Source: Acidobacteriota bacterium (lineage in GTDB: Bacteria > Acidobacteriota > Terriglobia > 20CM-2-55-15). Taken from it: DNA of 42,670 bases. The translations under genes were made by a program, and so were the position numbers. Under the pieces are notes generated by a model, which was not told where the DNA came from, searched no databases, and saw only the letters and a program-made list of their open reading frames with translations. Location: NCBI GenBank assembly GCA_003223895.1, contig QHXD01000015.1:441-43110 (forward strand), in the 5' to 3' direction. Position 1 is the first letter of the stretch. The number at the start of each line of letters is the position of its first letter. Shown piece after piece: positions 17,297-26,129 of this stretch.

Positions 17297-19738
17297 TTAC
17301 GACGATACCTCTTCGGTTTCCACCTGAACCTTGTACTTGCAGGATTCCTCGTTGCAGTAACGGATGGGTCCTTCGCGCTTGGTGGTTTTTTCCAACAAGT
17401 AGGGAGAACCGCATTGCGGGCACTGTTCGGGAACGGGCTTGTTCCAGACGACGAAATCGCAATCCGGGTATTTCAAGCAGCCGTAAAAGACCTTACCGCG
17501 CTTTGAACGGCGCTCGATAAGCTCGCCGCCACAACCCGGCTTGGGACAGGGTACGCCGACAGTCTTGGGCTTGATGTATTTACATTTGGGATAATTGCTG
17601 CACGCCGTGAACTCGCCGAATCGTCCGTCCTTCACGACAAGCTTGGCCAGGCCGCATTGCGGGCACGTTTCGTCCAGAACCACGTCGGGTTTCTTTGGAG
17701 TTTTAGTTCCTTGCGCGATCTTGCGGGTGGTCTTGCACTCGGGATATCCGGTGCAGGCCAGGAACTGTCCGAAACGCCCGCGCTTGAGTGCCATGGGCTT
17801 GCCGCAATTCTCGCAGGGTTCCGGTTCGGCTTCGGCTGCGGCTTCACCTTCCTTGGGCGGCTCCTCGAGCGCGATTTCCTTCGTGTTCTTGCACTCGGGA
17901 TACGCCGAACACGCGAGGAAACTTCCGAACTGTCCCCACTTCTTGACCATCGGGCTGCCGCACTTCTCGCAGATCTCGTCGGTGGGTAACTCCTGGCGCT
18001 TGAGGTTCTCCATGTTCTTGGTGGCCTTCTTCAGGTCCTTCTCGAACTTCTTGTAGAACTCGTCGAGCGCCTCGACCCATGTCATCTTTCCTTCTTCGAC
18101 CTCGTCCAGTTCCTCCTCCATTCGAGCGGTGTACTGGATATCGAAGATGTCTTCGAAGTGTTTCACGAGCAGGTCCGTCACGACCGTGCCCAGTTCTGTG
18201 GGCTTGAACTTCCCCTGATCCTTTGTCACATACTCGCGATCCTGAATGGTCGTGAGAATCGTCGCGTAGGTTGATGGACGGCCGATGCCCTTCTCTTCGA
18301 GCGCTTTGACGAGGGATGCTTCGGTGAATCGCGGCGGCGGTTCCGTGAAATGCTGTTTCGGTGTGATATCCAGCAGCCGCAGCTTTTCGCCAACGGTCAG
18401 CGGAGGAAGCGCAATGTCGTCCTCTTCATCTCCAGTTGGTTTGGCGTGGATCTCGTCATCGGCGGATTCCTCATAAACTCTCAGGAAGCCGTCGAATTTC
18501 ATGACGCGCCCGTTTTCCCGGAACAGGTAATCCTTCGCCGAAATCTCAACGGTCGTTTGATCGTAGACCGCAGGGTTCATCTGCGAAGCGACGAATCGAG
18601 TCCAGATCAGGCGATAGAGCTTCAGCTCATCCTCGGAGAGAAACGGCTTCAGGTCGTCGGGAGTCCGGCCGACGAAGGTCGGACGAATGGCCTCATGGGC
18701 ATCCTGGGCGTCCTTTTTGCTCTTATAGAAAACCGGTTTCTCAGGCAGGTAATTCGGGCCGTAAACGTCGGACACATACGACCGCACCATCTGCATCGCC
18801 TCGTCGGAAACGCGCGTGGAATCGGTACGCATGTATGAGATCAAACCAACGCGGCCTTCCTCGCCGCCCAGTTCGATTCCTTCGTACAGCTTCTGTGCGA
18901 CCATCATGGTCTTCTTGACCGTGAAGCGCAGCCGGCGCGCGGCATCCTGTTGAAGTTTGCTGGTCGTGAACGGAGGAACCGGATTTCGCTTCTTCTCCTT
19001 GGTGACGACGGAGTCGACGAGGAAGTCCGACTTCCTTACAACGTCGAGAATGTGATCGGCCTCAGCCTGGTTCCGGACTTCCACGTTCTTGCCCTTGAAC
19101 TTCACCAGCCTGGCACTGAATGGAGGAGGCTCGTGGCCTTCGAGGTTTGCCGTGACCGACCAGTATTCTTCAGGCGTGAAGGCCAGGACCTCACGTTCGC
19201 GTTCCACGATCAGCCGAAGCGCGACTGTCTGCACCCGGCCGGCGGAGATGCCGCGGCGTACCTTGTCCCAGAGCAACGGGCTGATCTTGTAGCCCACCAG
19301 ACGATCGAGGATTCGCCGGGCCTGCTGTGCATCGACGATATGCTGATTGATTCGGCCGGGATGCTCCATCGCGGCGCGAATTGCCTTCGGCGTGATTTCG
19401 TTGAAAAGGACGCGAAAGACTTCGGCCTTGTTGCCGTCGAGGATTTCTTTGAGATGCTGGCAGATCGCTTCGCCTTCCCGATCCGGGTCGGCAGCGAGAA
19501 AGATACGCCCTGCAGTCTTCGCCGCAGTGCGGAGTTCTTTGATGACTTTTTCTTTCCCGGGTATGAGTTCGTAGACGGGTTCGAAATCGTTATCGAGATC
19601 AACTCCCAGCTTGCTCTTGGGCAGATCCTTCACGTGGCCGAGCGAAGCCTTCACGACGAAGTCCTTGCCCAGATATTTATTGATCGTGTTCGCTTTCGCG
19701 GGTGATTCGACAATCACCAATGACTTTTTTATCGGCAT
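17297..19738 (-). CDS. topA: DNA topoisomerase I with multiple C-terminal zinc ribbons
   Basis: It has a TOPRIM N-terminus (LVIVESPAKA, DPDREGE), active-site YMRTDS, and repeated CxxC...C..C zinc-ribbon modules at the C-terminus. Confidence 0.95.
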   Translation of the reverse strand: MPIKKSLVIVESPAKANTINKYLGKDFVVKASLGHVKDLPKSKLGVDLDNDFEPVYELIPGKEKVIKELRTAAKTAGRIFLAADPDREGEAICQHLKEILDGNKAEVFRVLFNEITPKAIRAAMEHPGRINQHIVDAQQARRILDRLVGYKISPLLWDKVRRGISAGRVQTVALRLIVEREREVLAFTPEEYWSVTANLEGHEPPPFSARLVKFKGKNVEVRNQAEADHILDVVRKSDFLVDSVVTKEKKRNPVPPFTTSKLQQDAARRLRFTVKKTMMVAQKLYEGIELGGEEGRVGLISYMRTDSTRVSDEAMQMVRSYVSDVYGPNYLPEKPVFYKSKKDAQDAHEAIRPTFVGRTPDDLKPFLSEDELKLYRLIWTRFVASQMNPAVYDQTTVEISAKDYLFRENGRVMKFDGFLRVYEESADDEIHAKPTGDEEDDIALPPLTVGEKLRLLDITPKQHFTEPPPRFTEASLVKALEEKGIGRPSTYATILTTIQDREYVTKDQGKFKPTELGTVVTDLLVKHFEDIFDIQYTARMEEELDEVEEGKMTWVEALDEFYKKFEKDLKKATKNMENLKRQELPTDEICEKCGSPMVKKWGQFGSFLACSAYPECKNTKEIALEEPPKEGEAAAEAEPEPCENCGKPMALKRGRFGQFLACTGYPECKTTRKIAQGTKTPKKPDVVLDETCPQCGLAKLVVKDGRFGEFTACSNYPKCKYIKPKTVGVPCPKPGCGGELIERRSKRGKVFYGCLKYPDCDFVVWNKPVPEQCPQCGSPYLLEKTTKREGPIRYCNEESCKYKVQVETEEVSS

Positions 19739-19803
19739 ATCTTTCAGACCGCCATGGTCTATCTAATAAGTCGTGTGCGCCGAAAAAGCAACAACGCCTT
19801 TCG

Positions 19804-20916
19804 TCAGAGCCGCCGAATGTATTTCTTTCCAGGCAGTTGGCGGACATACTCGCTGATCTCCAGACCGAGCAGCGCACTATAGACTTCCGACGTGGGCAAT
19901 GGCAACTTAGCGAGCAAGGTATCGAGGGAAATCGCTTCCTGAACCGACAAAAGTTTCCATACCCTGGCCTCGGCCCCTTCGAGCTTCGGCTCAGGCGCAG
20001 CCTGCATTTGAGCCACCAGCGGCGCAAGAATTTTTTCGCGAATCGGGTGTGGGAGCTCCTCCACGACGTCCTGCCAGCCCGCGACGAGTTTGGCGCCCTG
20101 GCGGATCAGAACATGCGGCCCGAAACTGTTGGCCGACGTGATATTCCCGGGCACCGCAAAAATCTCCCGCCCGGATTCCAGCGCTAGCCGGACCGTGATC
20201 AGCGACCCGGAATATTCCGCCGCTTCGACCACGGTAACGCCCAGCGACATGCCCGCAATTATTCGATTCCGGATCGGAAAATTTTGTGGCGAAGGCGGCG
20301 TGCCCAGCGGGAATTCCGAGATAATCGCGCCATTTTCGATCACGAAGTCGGCGAGTTTGCGATTTTCCTTTGGATAGACGAAGTCGAGTCCGCTTCCGAA
20401 AACCGCATACGTGATGCCCGCCCGCAGCGCCCCGCGGTGCGCAGCCGCGTCGAGCCCTCTGGCCAAACCGGACGTGATGGCCAGGCCGCGTGCCGCAAGG
20501 TCCTCTGCGAGACGTTCGGCGCAGTTGATGCCATAACCCGTCGGCCGCCTGGTCCCGACGATCGCCAGCTGCGGCAACTCCGGATTCCATTTCTTCCCGC
20601 GAATATAGAGGACAATCGGGGGATCGTATATTTCGCGCAGGAGCGGTGGATACGCGGAGCTGAGGATATCCACAACGTCCACGCCAAGCTCCACCGTTTT
20701 CGTCCACTCTTCCTCCGCCCGTTGGGCAGACTTCTTCGAGAGCACGTCGTCCGCGACATCCGGCGGAATCCCCAGCGCTTCCAGTTCAGGCCGGCTCGAC
20801 CCAAACACAGCCTGTGGATCTTTAAAGTGCCGCATTAGCGTGTTCGCGGACCGCAATCCCAGTCCGCTCACCAGAAAGAGTCTCAGCGCCGCTTTGGTAC
20901 GATTCTCTTCGTTCAT
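19804..20916 (-). CDS. dprA: DNA-processing protein DprA (Smf)
   Basis: It has LAIVGTRRPT, SGLARGLDAAAH and TVVVEA..SGSLIT motifs. I chose the ATG at 20916 (MNEENR) because GGAGGAGAG lies 5 nt upstream (13 nt from the first G to the ATG). dprA-topA linkage is widely conserved. Confidence 0.9.
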   Translation of the reverse strand: MNEENRTKAALRLFLVSGLGLRSANTLMRHFKDPQAVFGSSRPELEALGIPPDVADDVLSKKSAQRAEEEWTKTVELGVDVVDILSSAYPPLLREIYDPPIVLYIRGKKWNPELPQLAIVGTRRPTGYGINCAERLAEDLAARGLAITSGLARGLDAAAHRGALRAGITYAVFGSGLDFVYPKENRKLADFVIENGAIISEFPLGTPPSPQNFPIRNRIIAGMSLGVTVVEAAEYSGSLITVRLALESGREIFAVPGNITSANSFGPHVLIRQGAKLVAGWQDVVEELPHPIREKILAPLVAQMQAAPEPKLEGAEARVWKLLSVQEAISLDTLLAKLPLPTSEVYSALLGLEISEYVRQLPGKKYIRRL

Positions 20917-21006
20917 AGTTCTCTCCTCCATGTAACATGCAAGGGTTCGACCAAAACGGACAGTTGTGAGAGAATTTGGACCATCCTGCACCGAGGAGAC
21001 CTATAT

Positions 21007-21531
21007 ATGTTTGCCAGGCTGATACTCGCGTTCTTACTTACAGGCAGCGTCGCGTGGGCACAACATGCGGACGACGTCTTTGTCGGGCAGAAGGCGCCGG
21101 AGCTCAAGAGTTCCGAGACCTGGATCAACACGGCTCCACTGAAACTGGAGCAGCTTCGCGGCAAAGTCGTGCTGATCGATTTCTGGGCGTTTGATTGTCC
21201 CTATTGCGCGGAAGCCATGCCCCATGTCAAGGAGCTCTACGACAAGTACGCAAAGGATGGGCTCGTGATCATCGGCGTCCACACGCCGCGGCTCGACTAC
21301 GAAAAGGAAATTCCCAAGATCAAGGAAGCTGTGGCGAAAAAGGGCATCAAGTATCCGGTTGTCGTGGACAACAAGTACGACATCTGGTCGGACTATCTTT
21401 GCAACACCTGGCCCAGCCACTTCGTCGTCGACCAGAACGGTGTGATCCAGCTCAGCCATTCGGGAACGGGCCGTTACGAAGATACCGAAGCGGTCGTCAA
21501 AAGGCTTTTGACCAAAAAGAATGGGAATTAG
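21007..21531 (+). CDS. Secreted thioredoxin-fold redoxin (TlpA/DipZ-C-like)
   Basis: It has a signal peptide, MFARLILAFLLTGSVAWA, and FWAFDCPYC (CxxC). Confidence 0.8.
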   Translation: MFARLILAFLLTGSVAWAQHADDVFVGQKAPELKSSETWINTAPLKLEQLRGKVVLIDFWAFDCPYCAEAMPHVKELYDKYAKDGLVIIGVHTPRLDYEKEIPKIKEAVAKKGIKYPVVVDNKYDIWSDYLCNTWPSHFVVDQNGVIQLSHSGTGRYEDTEAVVKRLLTKKNGN

Positions 21532-21877
21532 CCGGCGCAAGCATGTCGTTGTCTGTGTCCTTTGTGCCTTTTGTGGTTATTCGCTCCTTGCTCAAACGAA
21601 CTATTCCTTAATTAAAGGAACGGTCTTCACAGCCGAAGGCCAATCTTTTCAGGGCGCGAAGGTCACAGTCATCCGGATGGATATCGATGCAAAGCAGCAG
21701 AAGAAAACCCGCAGAGAGGCCGTCAGTGACCGGCTCGGCGAATTTGCATTCCGCCTGGCAGTCGGCCCCGCAAAGTTTCATTTGACTGTTGAAGCGGCTG
21801 GATTCCCGAAGCAGGAAAAAGATGTTGAGATTTTAGGCGATGAACGTGCAGATGTTTCGATTGTTCTCAAAAAGTAG
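21521..21877 (+). CDS. Small secreted carboxypeptidase-regulatory-like (CarboxypepD_reg) domain protein
   Basis: It has a signal-like N-terminus, followed by IKGTVFTAEGQSFQGAKVTV...GEFAFR...Y-type pattern typical of the beta-sandwich domain. There is an 11-nt overlap with the upstream gene. Confidence 0.6.
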   Translation: MGISRRKHVVVCVLCAFCGYSLLAQTNYSLIKGTVFTAEGQSFQGAKVTVIRMDIDAKQQKKTRREAVSDRLGEFAFRLAVGPAKFHLTVEAAGFPKQEKDVEILGDERADVSIVLKK

Positions 21878-22901
21878 CGTTATTCTTCTCCTTCTCGTCT
21901 CAATGAGTCTACCGCTCGGGGCGCAGTTGTTCCCCCGCGGGCGGAAGGATACCGGGCCCAAGCCGAAGAACATTCATGGCGCCGTTCAGGATGCCCGCGG
22001 CAAAGTGATTGTCGGCGCGCGCGTCTACGTACGGGACATGAAAACGAATGTCGTGCGGACGCTGACAACCGACCAGGAAGGCCTTTACAAGGTTTATGCG
22101 CTGCCCCCAACGGCGGACTACGAGGTCTATGCCGAGTTGAAAGGGAAGGCTTCGGAGAAAAAGGTCGTCAGCTCCTTCCTGAACCGCGAAGACAACGTCA
22201 TCAACTTCCAACTCGATGTCGACGTGGTTGCGGGCGGAGGTCGGGAGGCCGATGACGCCGGGCCGGAATTCAAAACGTACGACCTCGTCGAACTGCACGC
22301 CTCTTTTGAAATGCCCGTCGGAGTTCCAGCTCCCGTTCCCTCCGTCCTGTTGCTTCATGGATACGGCGAAGATCGTGCTGTTTGGAATGCTTTTACTCGC
22401 GAGTTGCTGAACCGCGGCTGGGCTGTGATGGCCCTGGACCTGCGGGGTCACGGCGAGAGCAAGACAAAGAACCAGAGGCCCATCCAGGCGACACAGGAAT
22501 GGCGAACCAGCCTCCATGAATTCCCGCTCGATATCGATCCCGCCCTCGACTGGCTCAAGGCTCAACCGCGAATCAACAACAGCAGGATCGTCGTTATTGG
22601 AAGCGATGTCGGCGCCAATCTCGCGCTGATCTCGAGCGGCAGGTTTCCGGAAGTTCGTACGGTTGTCGCGATCCAGCCCAAGTTGAGCGAGAGCCTCGCC
22701 ATGGCCGGCAGCGCCCAGGACTTCAAACCCAAGTCCGCGCTGATCATCGTTGCCGACGAAGCTGAAGGAAACCGGGTGAAGACGGCCGTGGCCAATCCTT
22801 CACGCGTTCAGGTCGTTCCCCTTTCCGGCGGCACATCGCAGTGGGTTGCCGACAAGCGCGTCGCGGATGCCGTGTTTCAGTGGCTCAAGGAAACGTACTA
22901 A
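21840..22901 (+). CDS. Secreted CarboxypepD_reg domain fused to an alpha/beta hydrolase fold
   Basis: It has a signal peptide, IHGAVQDARGKVIVGARVYV...GLYKVYALP, then LLLHGYGEDR...DLRGHGES, and a nucleophile elbow reading GSDVGA (Asp at the nucleophile position, as in GHDxGA enzymes). The start could be 21840 or 21852. Confidence 0.7.
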   Translation: MNVQMFRLFSKSSVILLLLVSMSLPLGAQLFPRGRKDTGPKPKNIHGAVQDARGKVIVGARVYVRDMKTNVVRTLTTDQEGLYKVYALPPTADYEVYAELKGKASEKKVVSSFLNREDNVINFQLDVDVVAGGGREADDAGPEFKTYDLVELHASFEMPVGVPAPVPSVLLLHGYGEDRAVWNAFTRELLNRGWAVMALDLRGHGESKTKNQRPIQATQEWRTSLHEFPLDIDPALDWLKAQPRINNSRIVVIGSDVGANLALISSGRFPEVRTVVAIQPKLSESLAMAGSAQDFKPKSALIIVADEAEGNRVKTAVANPSRVQVVPLSGGTSQWVADKRVADAVFQWLKETY

Positions 22902-23052
22902 GGGGAGGAAGCCAGAAGCCAAGAAGCCAGAAGCCAGAATGGGATCGTTCACTAGGCTCCATTCTGGCTTCTGGCTTCTGGCTTCTGGCTTCTGGCTTCT
23001 GGCTTCTGGCTTCTGGCTTCTGGCTTCTGGCTTCTGGCTTTCACGATCCCAT
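22902..23052. repeat. Heptamer hairpin without cargo: GGGGAGGAA-(GCCAGAA)x4, 22-nt loop, (TTCTGGC)x11; probable bidirectional terminator
   Basis: Left units span 22911-22939, with one 8-nt variant (gccaagaa). The loop is 22940-22961. Eleven exact TTCTGGC units span 22962-23038. In addition, atgggatcgt (22939-22948) is the reverse complement of 23043-23052, which overlaps the rlmN stop. Confidence 0.9.
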
Positions 23053-24060
23053 TTTTGCCAATTGGCCACAGGCAGCCGAAATATCGTTGCCGCGGTTTTT
23101 CCGCACGAAGGCTGAGATGTTGTGGTCGGCGAGGACTTGCTGAAACCGCTCGACTGCGGCATCCGGCGGCCGCCTGTAACTGAGTTCATCGGCTTCGTTC
23201 AAGGGAATCAAGTTGACCTTCGCGCGAAGTCCCTTCAGCAGCTTCACGAGATTCAACGCATCGTCTGTCGAGTCCGTGACTCCTTTGAGCAGAACGTACT
23301 CGAAGGTCACGCGCTGCCGATGCTTGAGCGGAAATCGGCGGACTGTGTCGAGCAATTGTTCTATCGGATATTTGCGATTGATCGGCATCAATTCGTTTCG
23401 CTTCTCGTTCGTGGCACCCGTAAGCGAAATAGCGAGATTCGGAATCATCGGCTCATCGGCGAGCCGCTCAATTCCCGGCAGGAGCCCGGCGGTGGAAAGC
23501 GTGATCCGCGACATGGATATGTTCAATCCGTGCTCATCGTGCAGGATCCGGATTGCCTTCATGACATTGTCGTAGTTGTGCAGGGGTTCCCCCATGCCCA
23601 TCAGAACGATATTGAAACTGTCGCGCATTTCCCAGGAGAGGTTGTCACGCTGGGCCACCAGCACCTGCGTCACGATTTCGCCCGGGCGCAGGTGCCGGAT
23701 GAGACCGATCTGGCCCGTCAGGCAGAACTTGCAGTCGAGCGCGCAGCCGATCTGCGATGAAATGCAGATCGTATTGCGGCTTTCTTCGGGAATGAAAACG
23801 GTTTCTGCAAACTCGCCGTCGTCGAGACGGACCAGGTAACGGCGGGTTCCGTCCACGGAATCGAATCTTCGGTGAACGGCCGGCAGGTGAATGTTCCATT
23901 CTTCGGCAAGCGAAGCGCGAAACGCCTTTGGCAAATCGGTCATCAGCTCGAAGCTATCGAACCAGCGCTGATAGACAGATTTGTAGATCTGCGTCGCCCG
24001 GAAAGGCGGACTGAGGATTTCGGCCAGCTCGTGCCGTTCATAATCGAAGAAAACTCGCAT
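23041..24060 (-). CDS. rlmN: 23S rRNA/tRNA (adenine-C2)-methyltransferase RlmN (radical SAM)
   Basis: It has CALDCKFC (CX3CX2C), MGMGEPL, and a C-terminal SAACGQL with the conserved Cys. Confidence 0.92.
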   Translation of the reverse strand: MRVFFDYERHELAEILSPPFRATQIYKSVYQRWFDSFELMTDLPKAFRASLAEEWNIHLPAVHRRFDSVDGTRRYLVRLDDGEFAETVFIPEESRNTICISSQIGCALDCKFCLTGQIGLIRHLRPGEIVTQVLVAQRDNLSWEMRDSFNIVLMGMGEPLHNYDNVMKAIRILHDEHGLNISMSRITLSTAGLLPGIERLADEPMIPNLAISLTGATNEKRNELMPINRKYPIEQLLDTVRRFPLKHRQRVTFEYVLLKGVTDSTDDALNLVKLLKGLRAKVNLIPLNEADELSYRRPPDAAVERFQQVLADHNISAFVRKNRGNDISAACGQLAKMGS

Positions 24061-24078
24061 TGGATCAGCCGGCGGCTC

Positions 24079-24630
24079 TTAATCGGAGACTTTTTGCGCT
24101 TGTTCCTGCGGGATGAGGGACTCGAGATACGCTATGACACGCGGGTCGGTCCAGCGCTCGCGCCAGGTGTGCTTTACGACGTAGCCATTGGCATCGATGA
24201 GGAACGTTTCCGGCCAGCCTGTCACCTTATAGATGCCTTTAGCGACCTGCACCCCTCCGGGATCCAGGGCTGTTGGAATCGTGAGGTTGTACTTTTTGTA
24301 GAACTGTTTGATGGGGTCCCAATCAAGATCCACGCTGACTGCGAGCATCTGGAACTTTCGATCCTTCAATCTGTTCTTCAACACTTCCATTTCGGGCATT
24401 TCCTCGATGCAAGGCTCACACCATGTTGCCCAGAAATTCAGGAATACCACTTTGCCGCGATAATCGCTCAGCTTTACCTCTTTGCCGTTCTCATCTTTGA
24501 GCGAGAAATCCGGTGCCTGCGAGCCGATGTTGACGACGCCGGATTTGCCAGTTCCTGTTGCTTCCCTGTACACAAAATAACCCGCAAGGGAACCCACGAT
24601 CAGAAAGAAGATGATCGGCTTTATTCGCAT
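24079..24630 (-). CDS. TlpA/ResA-family thiol:disulfide oxidoreductase, membrane-anchored
   Basis: It has an N-terminal TM segment and FWATWCEPC (CxxC). It ends 18 nt before the rlmN start. Confidence 0.85.
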   Translation of the reverse strand: MRIKPIIFFLIVGSLAGYFVYREATGTGKSGVVNIGSQAPDFSLKDENGKEVKLSDYRGKVVFLNFWATWCEPCIEEMPEMEVLKNRLKDRKFQMLAVSVDLDWDPIKQFYKKYNLTIPTALDPGGVQVAKGIYKVTGWPETFLIDANGYVVKHTWRERWTDPRVIAYLESLIPQEQAQKVSD

Positions 24631-24694
24631 GCCGCTATTGTATCAAAAGGATACGCGTAGCTGGATACCCTTTCCGCCCAGAGTGGGCAAGACG

Positions 24695-25570
24695 CTAATG
24701 CTTGCGAATAAAATCAAGAACCGCACGATTAAAGACCTCCGGCTTTTCCCAGTACGAAGAATGTCCAGCTTCGGGAACGATTAAGGACTCAGAATTCTTG
24801 ATCCGGGCCTTGAAGAGGGGCACCAGCGGAGGCGGCGCGTACATGTCGGCGTCTCCGGTGAGCAGAAGCGTCGGCACTTTTATGGTTTCGAGCAGAGAAA
24901 ATGTCATCCTGTTCCGAAACGTCTGCGCAGGTGCCGGCGGTCCTTCCGGCCGGCTCAGGCGTTGAAGTTCTACCCAACGGCGTGTTCCCTCGGCATTGGC
25001 TGCGCGGTACGACGGGCCCAGTTCGCGGATCTCGGGGGGCAAAGCGTCGAACTGTGGTGGCCGGAGCCGGCGGCCGAGTTCCAGATAGTCTTCGTCCTGA
25101 ACCCCAACGATGCTGTTGGCAATCACCACGCTTCGAAGCCGCTGCGGAAAGGACAGCGCGTAGTCCAGGGACACGAATCCTCCGGCGGCTGTGCCGACCA
25201 GATGGAAGCGGTCAACGTTCAGATAATTCATCAAGCCCTGGAGGTCGTCTGCCGCAGTGCCCGGCGGCGAACCTGCAGGATCGCTTACAGAGCGGCCCCA
25301 GCCTCGCCGGTCGTACGCGATGAATCGGTAACCGGCAGCCGTGAACACCGGAATTTGGTTGTCCCAGTTCCGGCTGCTTCCTGTCGCGGCGTGCATGAAT
25401 ACAACGGGGATGCCACTTCCCCCGGTGTCGCGAAACCAGATGCGCACACCGGGAAGATCGGCATACGTCTCCCGTGCAGGCGCCGGGGGCCGGTTCGATG
25501 TTTGAGGCGACGCAAAACCCAACGTCAATACCGCTACAGTCACAAGACTTAATTTTATCCTCAGGTCCAT
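24695..25570 (-). CDS. Secreted alpha/beta-hydrolase-fold protein (nucleophile elbow reads GTAAG)
   Basis: The ATG at 25570 gives a signal peptide, MDLRIKLSLVTVAVLTLGFA. VVFMHAATGS, YDRRGWGRS, HLVGTAAGG and PEAGHSSYWEKPE match the AB_hydrolase_1 layout. The longest ORF (to 25768) would overlap the GNAT gene. Confidence 0.8.
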   Translation of the reverse strand: MDLRIKLSLVTVAVLTLGFASPQTSNRPPAPARETYADLPGVRIWFRDTGGSGIPVVFMHAATGSSRNWDNQIPVFTAAGYRFIAYDRRGWGRSVSDPAGSPPGTAADDLQGLMNYLNVDRFHLVGTAAGGFVSLDYALSFPQRLRSVVIANSIVGVQDEDYLELGRRLRPPQFDALPPEIRELGPSYRAANAEGTRRWVELQRLSRPEGPPAPAQTFRNRMTFSLLETIKVPTLLLTGDADMYAPPPLVPLFKARIKNSESLIVPEAGHSSYWEKPEVFNRAVLDFIRKH

Positions 25571-25583
25571 ATATCCCTTCTTT

Positions 25584-26123
25584 TCACGGAAGCACTTTGG
25601 CGTAACAGAGGACGTCACAGATCTCGCTCGGCGCGAGATTCGGAAATTCCGAGTGACAGCGAAGGATGCCTTCACGAATGAATCCGCACTTCTCGAGAAC
25701 CCGCCAGGAGGCACAATGTTCGGTATGGCAGAGCGCATACAGACGCCGGACGCCGACGGAGCGGGCAACCTCTACCATGGCTTGAAGCGCCTCGGTCGCG
25801 TAACCGTGCCCCCACGAATCTTTGGCGAGTGCATACCCGGTCACCGCTCGATAAGGCGTTTCGAAGGAAAGCCCGGTAGACCCCAGCAGCGCGCCGGTCT
25901 CACGCGAGCACACGAGGTATGGTCCCGCCGGCCAGTGGTGCCATTCTGCATCGCTGAACCTAATGAACTTGCGCGTATCCGCCGGCGACTGATGACGGGG
26001 CCAGCCGAGGAATCGCGTGACGTCCGGGTCGCTCGAGTATCGGGCAAACATCGTCTTGACGTCCTTAACTGCCGGGCGGCGCAGCACCAGCCTGGCTGTC
26101 TCGAGTCTCTCTGAGGCCTTCAC
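25584..26123 (-). CDS. GNAT family N-acetyltransferase (RimJ/RimL-like)
   Basis: It has LETARLVLRRP, then a ...WGHGYATEAL...CHTEHCASWRVLEKCGF pattern. The start codon is GTG. Confidence 0.85.
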   Translation of the reverse strand: MKASERLETARLVLRRPAVKDVKTMFARYSSDPDVTRFLGWPRHQSPADTRKFIRFSDAEWHHWPAGPYLVCSRETGALLGSTGLSFETPYRAVTGYALAKDSWGHGYATEALQAMVEVARSVGVRRLYALCHTEHCASWRVLEKCGFIREGILRCHSEFPNLAPSEICDVLCYAKVLP

Positions 26124-26129
26124 CAGCCG

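Noticed and set aside
22902-23052. Possible CRISPR array, considered because of regular short repeats
   Set aside because: The units are 7 nt, strictly tandem, and have no spacers. The two arrays are inverted relative to each other, and no cas genes are present.
22800-23189. ORFs translating to ARSQKPEARSQKPE... and LASGFWLLASGFW... repeats, including 22841-23143 and 22846-23115
   Set aside because: These are translations of the heptamer microsatellite. A 7-nt unit cycles through all three frames. They overlap real gene ends and have no start context.
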